Below, in pieces: positions 32,592 to 41,630 of a DNA stretch of 64,000 nt (position 1 is the stretch's first letter; every line of letters starts with the position of its first letter). A program made the translations under genes and the position numbers. The stretch is from NCBI GenBank assembly GCA_963667585.1, contig OY763420.1, forward strand, positions 1,205,528-1,269,527, read 5' to 3'. This stretch comes from an uncultured Dethiosulfovibrio sp. (GTDB lineage: Bacteria; Synergistota; Synergistia; Synergistales; Dethiosulfovibrionaceae). Below the pieces are notes generated by a model that saw only the letters and a program-made list of their open reading frames with translations, was not told the origin of the DNA and made no database searches.

Positions 32592-33091
32592 ACGAGAGAA
32601 CGATGAGAGCTGCGCTGTTTACGTCGCTGTTTCTTTTTCCTCTTCTTTTCTTAGGCCTCTCTTGGTTTATGTTCTCCAGGGTTACAGAGCTAGGAGAGGA
32701 GATAGGCAGGGTTCAAAAGGAACTCTCCCTTTACGGCAGGCAGGTTATGTCGACGGAGAGGAGAATCACTATGTATAAAGATGTCCTAGCGGCGGTTAAC
32801 CTCGGGACCTCCGAGACCCCGGAGAGCGGGGTTGAGCTGTTTTCAATAGTACAGAGACACCTAACCGCTAACGGCGTACTCTCCAGGGTCATAGACGAGG
32901 CGGGAAAACCGACTCCTCAAGGTGACAGAGGGGTTAGAATCAGCTTTGAAGGGGCATACCCCGCTTTCATAAGGACCTTAGCGGACTGGAGACAGATGGA
33001 AGTAGCTCTTAGGGTAAAACAGCTGTCCATTACGGGGCAGGGCGATCTGGTAAAAGGGGATATTCTCCTCGAGACCATCTTCGGGAAGTGA
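32588..33091 (+). CDS. PilO/GspM-like bitopic protein
   Basis: TM helix, coiled coil, and C-terminal ISFEGAYPAFIRTL (G-x-Y motif of the PilO/GspM fold). Follows pilN. Confidence 0.65.
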   Translation: MNERTMRAALFTSLFLFPLLFLGLSWFMFSRVTELGEEIGRVQKELSLYGRQVMSTERRITMYKDVLAAVNLGTSETPESGVELFSIVQRHLTANGVLSRVIDEAGKPTPQGDRGVRISFEGAYPAFIRTLADWRQMEVALRVKQLSITGQGDLVKGDILLETIFGK

Positions 33092-33095
33092 TTCG

Positions 33096-33689
33096 ATGCT
33101 GACCTTAGATTACACCTCAGATATACTGAAAACTTGGTATAAAGAGCTACTCGAAGGAGACGAGAGGGACAGGAGAATTATCCGATGGGTCGCTCTTACC
33201 GTTATGCTCCTCTCTATCGCTGGTTCGTCTTTTGCCCTTTATAGGGTATATAATGTAAATCCCCCAGCGCCTAGGTCTATGCCTCCTGTCTCGGTGGAGG
33301 AGGATAGAAAGAAGGTAGAGGAGTCAGTCGAACTCTACCGCACCATAATAGCCACCAGAAGGGACAGCCAGAGAATAGCCAACGATATAGTGAGGCTAGG
33401 CAGAAACCCTATGATGAAAATGGAGTCCCCTAAAGAGGTCGCTCTCATTTCACCTGAGCCTTCTGTGGCCGATCTAGTCGACCTTCCTCCTATTATCCTG
33501 GTCAGGGCGGTAATGATTATAGGTCGAAACAGCGCCGCTGTAGTGGATATCGAAGGGGTCGGAGAGGGCATAGTGATAAAAAAAGGTATGTCCTTTTTAG
33601 GGGGTAAAGGCCGTTTTATCTCCATAAGATCAAAAGAACTGGTTTTCCGGTGGAACGGCAAGAATATTTCAGTTCCGGTGGATCTCTAA
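33096..33689 (+). CDS. Membrane-anchored hypothetical protein at the PilP position
   Basis: One TM helix, RNPM motif, Pro-rich linker and beta-rich C-terminus, between pilO-like and the secretin. No lipobox seen. Confidence 0.55.
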   Translation: MLTLDYTSDILKTWYKELLEGDERDRRIIRWVALTVMLLSIAGSSFALYRVYNVNPPAPRSMPPVSVEEDRKKVEESVELYRTIIATRRDSQRIANDIVRLGRNPMMKMESPKEVALISPEPSVADLVDLPPIILVRAVMIIGRNSAAVVDIEGVGEGIVIKKGMSFLGGKGRFISIRSKELVFRWNGKNISVPVDL

Positions 33690-33705
33690 AGGGGGATTAG
33701 CTAAA

Positions 33706-35406
33706 ATGAGAATCGTCTATATTCTACTTACCGTCTTTGCCCTGTATGGTTCCGCTTTCGCCGATCCCCTGTCGGACATGAGCACCGTATCGGGGGTGAC
33801 GCCTCAGCAGGCTGGGGCGGACAGGGTTAGCCTTTCGGTTACAGGAGGGAGACTGCCGAGGCCCGAGATCGACGACAGCGATCCCGGCAAAATCGAGATA
33901 TTTTTCAGAAATACCGTTATGGCGGCGTCTAGATGGGAAAAGGAATATCCCTTCCCACTGCTGTCCAAGGTAGAGATGGAGCACGTGAAGGACGGTCTTA
34001 AGATGACTCTGACCACCGGAGATAGGCTGATGGTGAGAGGGGTTAAAGGTGAAGGCGGTTCCAACAGAATGACCTTTGACCTTCGTACCTGGACCTCCGC
34101 CCAGAGGGCGGAGTCGGAGAGGGTGATGGCTGCCCCTAAAACCCCTCCTGTAGACCAAAGCGATCCCTTTCAGACCGACAAGAAGATAACCATAGACTTT
34201 CGATACGTGGCAATTCAGGATGTCTTTCGTATGCTAGGGGATATAATGAACTTAAACGTAGTGCTTGATCCCTCTATGTCCGAAGTTCCTCCTCTTACGA
34301 TGAAGTTTGAGGACGCACCTCTGAAAGAGGTGTTCGGATACCTTATGAGGCTCTACAGGTTTACCTATGCCAAGGTCGGACGAACCCTTATAATAGGGGC
34401 ACCAGAGTCCATCTCTCGGGCCATGGGAGACGAGAAGACCAGGGCCTTTCAGGTGGCCTATTCGGACGTGAAGGCTATGCCCGATATCCTTCAGGGGCTC
34501 ACCACCATACCGAAGGAAAATATACTGGTGGATGAGAGGCTGAGGCGACTGTTCGTTCAGGGATCGGAAAACCAGCTTGCCCAGTTTGAGCGGGTCCTCC
34601 AGAGGATAGATCATCCAGGCCAGCAGGTTATGCTCAGGGCAAGGATAGTGGAGATAAAAGACGACGCGACCGACGAACTTGAGACGATGCTAAACGCGGT
34701 GTACAAAAACTGGTGGTTAAGCACCAGTTCTTCTGGTGCCAAAGGTGGATATTCTTACATAAACGATCCCAATACTTATACGCCACCTACAGGGGATAAT
34801 AGGCCGGGTGGTATCGATTTCCCTGGGGTAGCCATACCTGAGATAGGCCGTGGGGCCGTTAAGCTCCTGGATACAGGGCTTAGGGCGCTGGTTACCAGCA
34901 ACAAAGGTAAGGTGCTGGCCAATCCTTCGGTGATAACCATAAGCGGTCAGAAAGCCTCCATAAAGCTGGTTGAGAACCTCAAATACATCTCAGCCAGGGA
35001 CGAGGCTGGAAACCCCACCTATAGCGATGAGGAGGTTGGGCCTAAGCTGGAGTTTACCCCGGTTATCGGTAGGGACGGTATAATATCGGTGGAGCTCTCT
35101 ATCTCCACCGGAGAGGTAGTCTCATGGAAAGAGGGAAACCAGGGAGAGAAAGTCCCTCAGACAAGCAAGAGGGAGGTCGTTACCTCCGTTCGGGTCCGGG
35201 ACGGAGAGCCTTTCGTGGTAGGAGGGCTCTTTAACGAGAGAAATTCGGTCAATACAACAAAAATACCTATTTTAGGGGATATCCCCCTTTTAGGGGAACT
35301 GTTTAAGTCTAAGACCAAGATCAGCGATCGTACCGAGGTTGTAATGGTGGTGATTCCCTATATACTTGACGTAGAGGACGCTCCTATCGATAGTTGGGAT
35401 ATGTGA
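33706..35406 (+). CDS. pilQ: Outer-membrane secretin (PilQ/GspD family)
   Basis: Signal peptide, ITIDFR (N0), VDERLRRL (N3), QVMLRARIVE, VLANPSVIT, VRVRDGEPFVVGGL, KIPILGDIPLLGELFK. Confidence 0.9.
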   Translation: MRIVYILLTVFALYGSAFADPLSDMSTVSGVTPQQAGADRVSLSVTGGRLPRPEIDDSDPGKIEIFFRNTVMAASRWEKEYPFPLLSKVEMEHVKDGLKMTLTTGDRLMVRGVKGEGGSNRMTFDLRTWTSAQRAESERVMAAPKTPPVDQSDPFQTDKKITIDFRYVAIQDVFRMLGDIMNLNVVLDPSMSEVPPLTMKFEDAPLKEVFGYLMRLYRFTYAKVGRTLIIGAPESISRAMGDEKTRAFQVAYSDVKAMPDILQGLTTIPKENILVDERLRRLFVQGSENQLAQFERVLQRIDHPGQQVMLRARIVEIKDDATDELETMLNAVYKNWWLSTSSSGAKGGYSYINDPNTYTPPTGDNRPGGIDFPGVAIPEIGRGAVKLLDTGLRALVTSNKGKVLANPSVITISGQKASIKLVENLKYISARDEAGNPTYSDEEVGPKLEFTPVIGRDGIISVELSISTGEVVSWKEGNQGEKVPQTSKREVVTSVRVRDGEPFVVGGLFNERNSVNTTKIPILGDIPLLGELFKSKTKISDRTEVVMVVIPYILDVEDAPIDSWDM

Positions 35407-35421
35407 TTTTACCCTGCGGCA

Positions 35422-35451
35422 TTGACAGGTTCACCTATATATACTTATTAT
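35422..35451 (+). promoter_or_regulatory. Probable sigma70 promoter for efp
   Basis: TTGACA (35422-35427), 18 bp, TATTAT (35446-35451). Confidence 0.6.
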
Positions 35452-35575
35452 TATCCTCACAGATTTGTCCTCTGTAAAAAGACACTACCGGTGAACGTCG
35501 GGACGTCAAGCCTATTTAATAGGAAATCTTACTAAAGAGTATTCTTACTCATATCAGAGAAGGCAGGTTCGTTGG

Positions 35576-36148
35576 ATGGCACAAGTCGTTGATACAAGCA
35601 AGTTTTACCCCGGTATAAAGATATCCTGGCAAAATGGAATGTGGGAAGTCGTGGAGTTTCAGCATCACAAGATGGGAAGAGGCGGAGCGGTGGTAAAGAC
35701 CAAGCTCAGAAACATAGACACCGGATCCATCATAGAGAACTCCTTCCGTTCGGGCGAAAAATTCGACAGAATAGTTTTCGAGCAGAAGGCCGCTCAATTT
35801 CTGTACCAGGAAGGCGATAGCTACGTCTTTATGGACATGGAGAACTACGACCAGGTGTACCTTTCCAGCGATACCCTGGGGCGAGCTGTAAAATACCTTA
35901 TAGACAACCTTGAGGTTACCCTTGAGACCTTCGGAGAGAGGATTATGGGAGTGGAGCTTCCTAACAGCGTAGTTCTCAAGATCGTGGATACCAGCCCTAA
36001 CTTTAAGGGAGATACCGCCTCAGGCGGCGGAAAACCGGCGGTCACCGAGACCGGTCTGACCGTAACGGTCCCTATGTTCGTCGAGGTAGGAGAGGATATA
36101 GTGGTGGATACCCGAACTGGAGATTATCTGGAGAGAGCGAAGAAGTAG
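35576..36148 (+). CDS. efp: Translation elongation factor P
   Basis: HHKMGRGGAVVKTKLRN, FLYQEGDSYVFMDMENYDQ, FKGDTASGGGKPA, ETG, VPMFV, VDTRTGDY. Confidence 0.97.
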   Translation: MAQVVDTSKFYPGIKISWQNGMWEVVEFQHHKMGRGGAVVKTKLRNIDTGSIIENSFRSGEKFDRIVFEQKAAQFLYQEGDSYVFMDMENYDQVYLSSDTLGRAVKYLIDNLEVTLETFGERIMGVELPNSVVLKIVDTSPNFKGDTASGGGKPAVTETGLTVTVPMFVEVGEDIVVDTRTGDYLERAKK

Positions 36149-36187
36149 ATATCTCCGGCGGGTCGGTCGTTTACAAGGAGGTTTTCG

Positions 36188-36622
36188 ATGAGTGCGAGGG
36201 AAAAGATAGCCTATATCAAAGGATTGCTTGATGCAGGAAAGCCGAAGGAGGGTTTTGACATGACCCTCTACGGTGCCATAGTGGATGCCCTCGACGCCGT
36301 CGTTGACCAGGTGGAGGATCAGGAAGAATGTCTTGCCGAACTGGTGGACGAGATGATGGACCTGGTGGAGTACTGTGAGGCAATCGGAGAGGAGCTAGGA
36401 GCCCTCGACGAGGATTGGGAAGATCAGGATTACTACGAAGAGGATGATCTTATGCCCTCCGAGGAAGATGGGCAGATGGATCTTTACGAGTCGATTCTGT
36501 GCCCCTTCTGTTCCACTATGTTTTACTATCGGCCGGATCTATTTAAGGAAGACGATCTGATTAATTGCCCTAACTGTAAGAGGACTTTTGCCCCCTCGGA
36601 GGTTGAGCTTGAGGAGGAATGA
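36188..36622 (+). CDS. Acidic conserved hypothetical protein with C-terminal Zn ribbon (resembles the CD1247 N-terminal family)
   Basis: EKIAYIKGL N-terminus, very D/E-rich helix, CPFC...CPNC. Confidence 0.7.
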   Translation: MSAREKIAYIKGLLDAGKPKEGFDMTLYGAIVDALDAVVDQVEDQEECLAELVDEMMDLVEYCEAIGEELGALDEDWEDQDYYEEDDLMPSEEDGQMDLYESILCPFCSTMFYYRPDLFKEDDLINCPNCKRTFAPSEVELEEE

Positions 36623-36625
36623 CCT

Positions 36626-37168
36626 ATGGATGAGATGAGTAGTGCCGTTGAGACCGAGATGGCAGAGGTCGTCGACGTCGATAAAGCCATAGATGAGGCG
36701 GAGAGAGAAACCCTCTCCGAGGTATCTGGGAAGGTCCATATCTCCGAGGATGTAATCACAGAGCTGGCGAGACAGTCTTTGGTCAAAATCTCTGGGATAC
36801 AGCCCGCAAGTTCGAGTATAGCCTCTAAGCTAGGCCTTGGACGAAAGGTAACCGAAGGGGTAAAGGTCTCTATCGACGAAGGCGATTCTCCCTCTATCTC
36901 CGTTGACGCTTTTGTAATGGTCAAATACGGTCTCAGAATTCCAGACCTCGCTTGGGATGTCCAGGAGACCATCAAGAACGAGCTGGAGTCTATGACGGGA
37001 TACACGGTTAATTACGTGAACATATACGTTCAGGGCGTCTACTTCAACGACCCTAAGACCGATACTTCCCTGGAGGAAACCACTCCCTCCGATAAATCCG
37101 TCGGAGACCTTTCCCCCGACGGGAAAACCGATGGGCATCCTAGCGTGCTCCCGGAGGATCAGGGATAG
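36626..37168 (+). CDS. Asp23/Gls24 family protein
   Basis: GKVHISEDVITELA, GVKV, VKYGLRIPDLAWDVQETIKNELESMTGYTVNYVNIYVQGV. Confidence 0.92.
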   Translation: MDEMSSAVETEMAEVVDVDKAIDEAERETLSEVSGKVHISEDVITELARQSLVKISGIQPASSSIASKLGLGRKVTEGVKVSIDEGDSPSISVDAFVMVKYGLRIPDLAWDVQETIKNELESMTGYTVNYVNIYVQGVYFNDPKTDTSLEETTPSDKSVGDLSPDGKTDGHPSVLPEDQG

Positions 37169-37172
37169 CTTA

Positions 37173-37203
37173 AGGGTCGGCTCGTTAGCGAGTCGACCTT
37201 TTT
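37173..37203 (+). terminator. Intrinsic terminator after asp23
   Basis: AGGGTCGGCTCG-TTAG-CGAGTCGACCTT hairpin followed by a T run. Confidence 0.8.
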
Positions 37204-37223
37204 CGTTAATATAGGAGGGCTTC

Positions 37224-37706
37224 GTGTATCTGAAATGGATCAGCGACAACGGAGGATCAATTTTCTTTTCCAAGCCAGGACTGAGGGACTTTGTCGAAAG
37301 CCGGATCTACGAAGGGGTTATCTGTCGAGATATAGATATAATGGACGATAATAACCATCTTTTAGTGTCTTTGGTCACCGCAGAGGACTCTTTTTATCTG
37401 GATAAGTTGAGGCTATCGGAGGATTTGGTAAAGGATCTGAACTCCATGGGTATTCAGGCCATGGTGTCCTGGATACACAAAGAGGAGGAGGGAGAGCTAG
37501 AGGAACCCTCTTTCCTCGAGAAGCCACTCTTTTGGGGTGTCGTCGGTACCTCTCTTTCCGCTGTTTTAGCTATGGGGATAGTGAGTACCCTTACCTGTCT
37601 GATGGTAGGAGGGGCTTTCTACGGATTGGCGGTATTTATGGGCTCCGATTCCGGTCAGAATATCAAAGAAAGTATATATAGCCTTATAAAGGAGATTTTA
37701 GATTGA
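37224..37706 (+). CDS. Hypothetical protein with two C-terminal TM helices
   Basis: GGAGGG SD, GTG start, hydrophobic hairpin LFWGVVG...GLAVFMG, 4-nt overlap with nusB. Confidence 0.65.
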   Translation: MYLKWISDNGGSIFFSKPGLRDFVESRIYEGVICRDIDIMDDNNHLLVSLVTAEDSFYLDKLRLSEDLVKDLNSMGIQAMVSWIHKEEEGELEEPSFLEKPLFWGVVGTSLSAVLAMGIVSTLTCLMVGGAFYGLAVFMGSDSGQNIKESIYSLIKEILD

Positions 37707-38143
37707 GTAAAAAGCCGCCTCACCACAAAAAGCACATGGCAAGGGAAATAGCTCTGCAACTTCTGTACAGTATGGATGTGACCAAGAACATGGAGCCTGA
37801 TCGATCGCTGGATAATTTTGATTTCGAACAGTTTGATCCCGAGCAGGAAGATGTAAAGCGAGAGGTAGCCTCAATAGTGAAAGGTGTTGTGGACAACTTA
37901 GTCACCATAGATAACATGATAAACCGTAACGTCGTCGGATGGAGAGCCGACAGGATGGTCGCAGTGGATAGAGCCGCCATAAGGATGGCCATATACGAGG
38001 GGATGGTCGCTAGGTCTATTCCTGTAGCGGTAGCTATATCGGAGGCGATTTCTATGGCCAAGGTGTTCGGAACCGACGAATCGGGAAAATTCGTGAACGG
38101 AGTTCTGGCCAAGGTCTTGAAAGCCTCCGATCTAGCGGAGTAG
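37703..38143 (+). CDS. nusB: Transcription antitermination factor NusB
   Basis: AREIALQLLY, WRADRMVAVDRAAIRMA, VAISEAISMAKVFG, KFVNGVL. Confidence 0.95.
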   Translation: MSKKPPHHKKHMAREIALQLLYSMDVTKNMEPDRSLDNFDFEQFDPEQEDVKREVASIVKGVVDNLVTIDNMINRNVVGWRADRMVAVDRAAIRMAIYEGMVARSIPVAVAISEAISMAKVFGTDESGKFVNGVLAKVLKASDLAE

Positions 38144-38144
38144 T

Positions 38145-39395
38145 TTGAGAAAAAACGAGTTGCCGACCTCCCCTATATCGGTGGATTCTCTCTCCATCCT
38201 GATAAAAGAGACCATAGAATCCACCTCCGAGCTGGCGAGAGTGGCGGTCAGAGGCGAAATTTCCGATCTTAAGAGGCATTCCAGCGGACATTGCTATTTC
38301 ACCTTATCCGGTAGAGATAGCCGAATTTCCGGTGTCCTATTCCGGTCCGATGCCGCCTCTGTTTTGAAGTGGCCCCAACCTGGCGATGAGGTCCTGGTAG
38401 GAGGTCGAATTTCGACCTATCCCCAAAGGGGCACATACCAGCTATACGCCAAGAGGATGATGCCCCTTGGAAGAGGTGCGGCGGACAGAGCTAAAGAGGA
38501 GGCCATAGAGATCCTCTCCAGAGAGGGCCTTTTCGACGTCGCTAAAAAACGTCCTATAGAGGCCTATCCCAGCCGGATATGCTGTATAACGTCCCCTACA
38601 GGGGCAGCTGTAAAGGATGTCCTCAAGGTTTCGGGGGAGAGAAATCGATCGGTGGATGTCACGATAATTCCCTGTTTGGTTCAGGGCCTGGAGGCTCCAG
38701 AAAGCATCGTGAAGGCTTTTTCCCTGGTCAGAGGGCTATCGGTTGATACTGTCCTTCTCGTTAGAGGTGGGGGAAGCAGGGACGATCTGGTTCCCTTCGA
38801 CGACCTAGATGTAGTTAGGGTGATTGCCTCCTGCCCTGTTCCGGTCGTAACAGGCATAGGCCATCAGGTGGATATGACCCTCGCCGATATGGCCGCCGAT
38901 CTTCGCTGTGCCACCCCCTCTGAGGCGGCGGAGGCTTCGGTCCCTAGCTCTAAGGCGATGCTTTCCCTTTTGGATCATAAGCTTTACCAGCTTATGAAAG
39001 CTGCCCTATCCGGGGTTGAGCGCTCTAGAGGGGATCTAGATTACCGTGAATCACGGCTGGATCGACTTATCACCAGATCCATCTACGAAGGTAGTTCTAA
39101 GGTTGACCTGCTGGATAAAGAGCTTATCCTATCGATAAAATCGGCCCTTTCCACCCAAAAGACCAGGCTGGCGGAGCTTTCCGCCGGTCTATTTGGCGTT
39201 TCCCCTGTGTCCACCTTGGCAAGAGGTTTTATCGCCTGTAGAGATGGGGTGAATACTCCGATCAAGTCTATCGATCAGGTAAAAGGGGGAGACCTTTTAT
39301 ACTTGGATCTCGTCGATGGTGTTATTCAGTGCGAGGTCAAGTCCGTTGAGCCCATAAAGAGAGGAGAACTATCCTATGGTGCCGGAGACCTTTAA
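38145..39395 (+). CDS. xseA: Exodeoxyribonuclease VII large subunit
   Basis: VRGEISD, SGHCYFTL, ITSPTGAAVKDV, LVQG, RGGGSRDDL, PVVTGIGHQVD, ATPSEAAE, TLARGF. Confidence 0.95.
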   Translation: MRKNELPTSPISVDSLSILIKETIESTSELARVAVRGEISDLKRHSSGHCYFTLSGRDSRISGVLFRSDAASVLKWPQPGDEVLVGGRISTYPQRGTYQLYAKRMMPLGRGAADRAKEEAIEILSREGLFDVAKKRPIEAYPSRICCITSPTGAAVKDVLKVSGERNRSVDVTIIPCLVQGLEAPESIVKAFSLVRGLSVDTVLLVRGGGSRDDLVPFDDLDVVRVIASCPVPVVTGIGHQVDMTLADMAADLRCATPSEAAEASVPSSKAMLSLLDHKLYQLMKAALSGVERSRGDLDYRESRLDRLITRSIYEGSSKVDLLDKELILSIKSALSTQKTRLAELSAGLFGVSPVSTLARGFIACRDGVNTPIKSIDQVKGGDLLYLDLVDGVIQCEVKSVEPIKRGELSYGAGDL

Positions 39396-40368
39396 GTGGC
39401 TGGACGGAGAGCTTGTCCTGCTGGATCAGAGAGCGATTCCCTGGGAGACCTGCTTTGTTACCTGTAAGACCTACGAGGACGTCGCTAAGGCCATATCGTC
39501 TATGGTCGTGAGAGGAGCCCCTGCTATAGGGGTGGCTGCGGCCTACGGTATGGCCCTGGCGTCTTTGGCAGGGGAGGATATGAGGAGAGCGCGGGAGACC
39601 CTCCTCTTAAGTAGGCCGACGGCGGTAAACCTCCGTTGGGCTCTGGAGAGGATGGACTCGGTTATTGACCGATCCCCTGATGATATTATCGCCATGGCCC
39701 AGAGGCTTCACAGGGAGGATCTGGAGATAAACAGGGCCATCGGCGATAACGGCGAGGCCCTGGTCGCCGACGGAGCGGTTGTCTTAACCCACTGTAACGC
39801 CGGAGCCATTGCCACCGCTGGCTGGGGAACCGCCCTTGGGGTCATAAGGAGCTGTAGAGAGAGGGGCAAAAGAGTAAAGGTCTATGCCGACGAAACCAGG
39901 CCCAGGCTACAGGGAGGACTTCTCACCTCCTGGGAGCTTATGGAGGACGGCTTTGACGTTACTGTTATCTCCGACGGAATGGCGGCATGGCTGATGAAAA
40001 AGGTCAGTGTGGACTGTGTCATAGTGGGAGCGGACAGGATAGCCGCCAACGGCGATACCGCCAACAAGATAGGGACCTACGGCCTCTCTCTGGCCGCTAA
40101 AGCCCACGGAGTTCCCCTCTACGTCGCAGCTCCCCTCAGCACCTTCGATCTATCCCTATCCTCCGGTGACGGTATTCCCATAGAGGAGCGGGATGGAGAC
40201 GAGGTTCGTGCCCCCTACGGGAAAAGGCTGCTTCCCGAGGACGTAGCGGTATGGAACCCCGCCTTTGACGTTACCCCTGGGGAGAACGTCACCGCCATAA
40301 TAACCGAGGTAGGGGTTCTCAGACCTCCCTACGGTGTGTCCATAGCGAAAGCCATAAAAGAAATATAA
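39376..40368 (+). CDS. mtnA: S-methyl-5-thioribose-1-phosphate isomerase
   Basis: LDQRAIP, MVVRGAPAIG, RPTAVNL, THCNAG, DETRPRLQG, GADRIAANGDTANKIGTY, NPAFDVTP. Confidence 0.95.
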   Translation: MVPETFKWLDGELVLLDQRAIPWETCFVTCKTYEDVAKAISSMVVRGAPAIGVAAAYGMALASLAGEDMRRARETLLLSRPTAVNLRWALERMDSVIDRSPDDIIAMAQRLHREDLEINRAIGDNGEALVADGAVVLTHCNAGAIATAGWGTALGVIRSCRERGKRVKVYADETRPRLQGGLLTSWELMEDGFDVTVISDGMAAWLMKKVSVDCVIVGADRIAANGDTANKIGTYGLSLAAKAHGVPLYVAAPLSTFDLSLSSGDGIPIEERDGDEVRAPYGKRLLPEDVAVWNPAFDVTPGENVTAIITEVGVLRPPYGVSIAKAIKEI

Positions 40369-40379
40369 GGAGGATTTTT

Positions 40380-41630
40380 ATGAAAAATTTCTCAGTTGCC
40401 GATATAGATCTGGCTCCATCGGGGTCACAGAAACTGGATTGGGCCTGGCAGTATATGCCTGTTCTGTCCTCTCTAGAGGAAAGATACAGGGATGAGAGGC
40501 CCTTTGAGGGCATAAAACTGGCGGCCTGTCTCCATCTGGAGGCCAAGACCGCCTGCCTCCTTCGGACTTTCTCCAGGCTGGGGGCGGAGGTCTACGCCGC
40601 TGGAAGCAACCCTCTATCGACCCAGGACGACGTCTGTGCCGCCCTGGTGAAAGAGGGAATCCATGTCTATAGCCACAGAGGAATGACCTCGGATGAGTAT
40701 TTTTCCTACCTGAAGAACGTTCTCGACTTTGGCCCTGAGGTTATCGTCGACGACGGTGCCGATCTCATAGCCACACTGCTGGAGGAGAGACAGGACCTGA
40801 TACCTAACGTCCGTGGCGGCTCTGAGGAAACTACCTCGGGGATAAAGAGGCTTAAGGCCATGGAAAGAGAGGGGATACTTCCCTTTCCTATGATATCGGT
40901 CAACGATGCCGACAGTAAATACCTCTTCGATAACCGCTACGGCACCGGTCAGTCGGTATGGGACGGGGTTATGAGGACAACCAACAGTCTTATTGCTGGC
41001 AAGGTCGTGGTGGTCGCTGGCTACGGCTGGTGTGGAAGAGGGGTAGCCATGAGAGGCAAGGCTTTAGGGGCCAGGGTTATAGTCACCGAGATAGATCCCC
41101 ACCGGGCCTTCGAGGCACTGATGGACGGCCACGAGGTAATGACCATGGAGGCCGCCGCCTCTTTAGGGGATATATTCCTGACCTTGACGGGCAATGTCGA
41201 CGTTATATCCTCCAGCCATATGGCCAAGATGAAAGACGGGGTTATACTCGGCAACGCCGGTCACTTTGACGTAGAGATATCCAAAGCGGACCTCAGTTCC
41301 ATGGCCACCGATGTATACGAGGTTCGCCCTAACGTTACCTGCTATAAAATGGCCTCAGGCAACAGGCTCTATCTCCTTGGAGAGGGCCGGCTGGTGAATT
41401 TAGCCGCTGGGGACGGTCACCCTATAGAGATTATGGACCTGAGCTTCGCCCTTCAGCTCATGTCGGCTCTTCACGTTTCCCGAAACTACGGAGATATGAA
41501 GCCGGGTCTATATCCTGTTCCTGAGGATATAGACCTGATGGTGGTCTCGACTAAGCTGGATTCTTTAGGGGTAGCCCTTGATCGGCTCACCTCCGCTCAG
41601 GAGGAATACATGGAAGGCTGGAAAGAGTGA
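40380..41630 (+). CDS. ahcY: S-adenosyl-L-homocysteine hydrolase, short (416 aa) type
   Basis: ACLHLEAKTA, SNPLSTQD, EETTSG, NDADSKYLFDNRYGTGQS, AGYGWCGRG, NAGHFDVEI, GRLVNLAAGDGHP. Confidence 0.96.
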   Translation: MKNFSVADIDLAPSGSQKLDWAWQYMPVLSSLEERYRDERPFEGIKLAACLHLEAKTACLLRTFSRLGAEVYAAGSNPLSTQDDVCAALVKEGIHVYSHRGMTSDEYFSYLKNVLDFGPEVIVDDGADLIATLLEERQDLIPNVRGGSEETTSGIKRLKAMEREGILPFPMISVNDADSKYLFDNRYGTGQSVWDGVMRTTNSLIAGKVVVVAGYGWCGRGVAMRGKALGARVIVTEIDPHRAFEALMDGHEVMTMEAAASLGDIFLTLTGNVDVISSSHMAKMKDGVILGNAGHFDVEISKADLSSMATDVYEVRPNVTCYKMASGNRLYLLGEGRLVNLAAGDGHPIEIMDLSFALQLMSALHVSRNYGDMKPGLYPVPEDIDLMVVSTKLDSLGVALDRLTSAQEEYMEGWKE

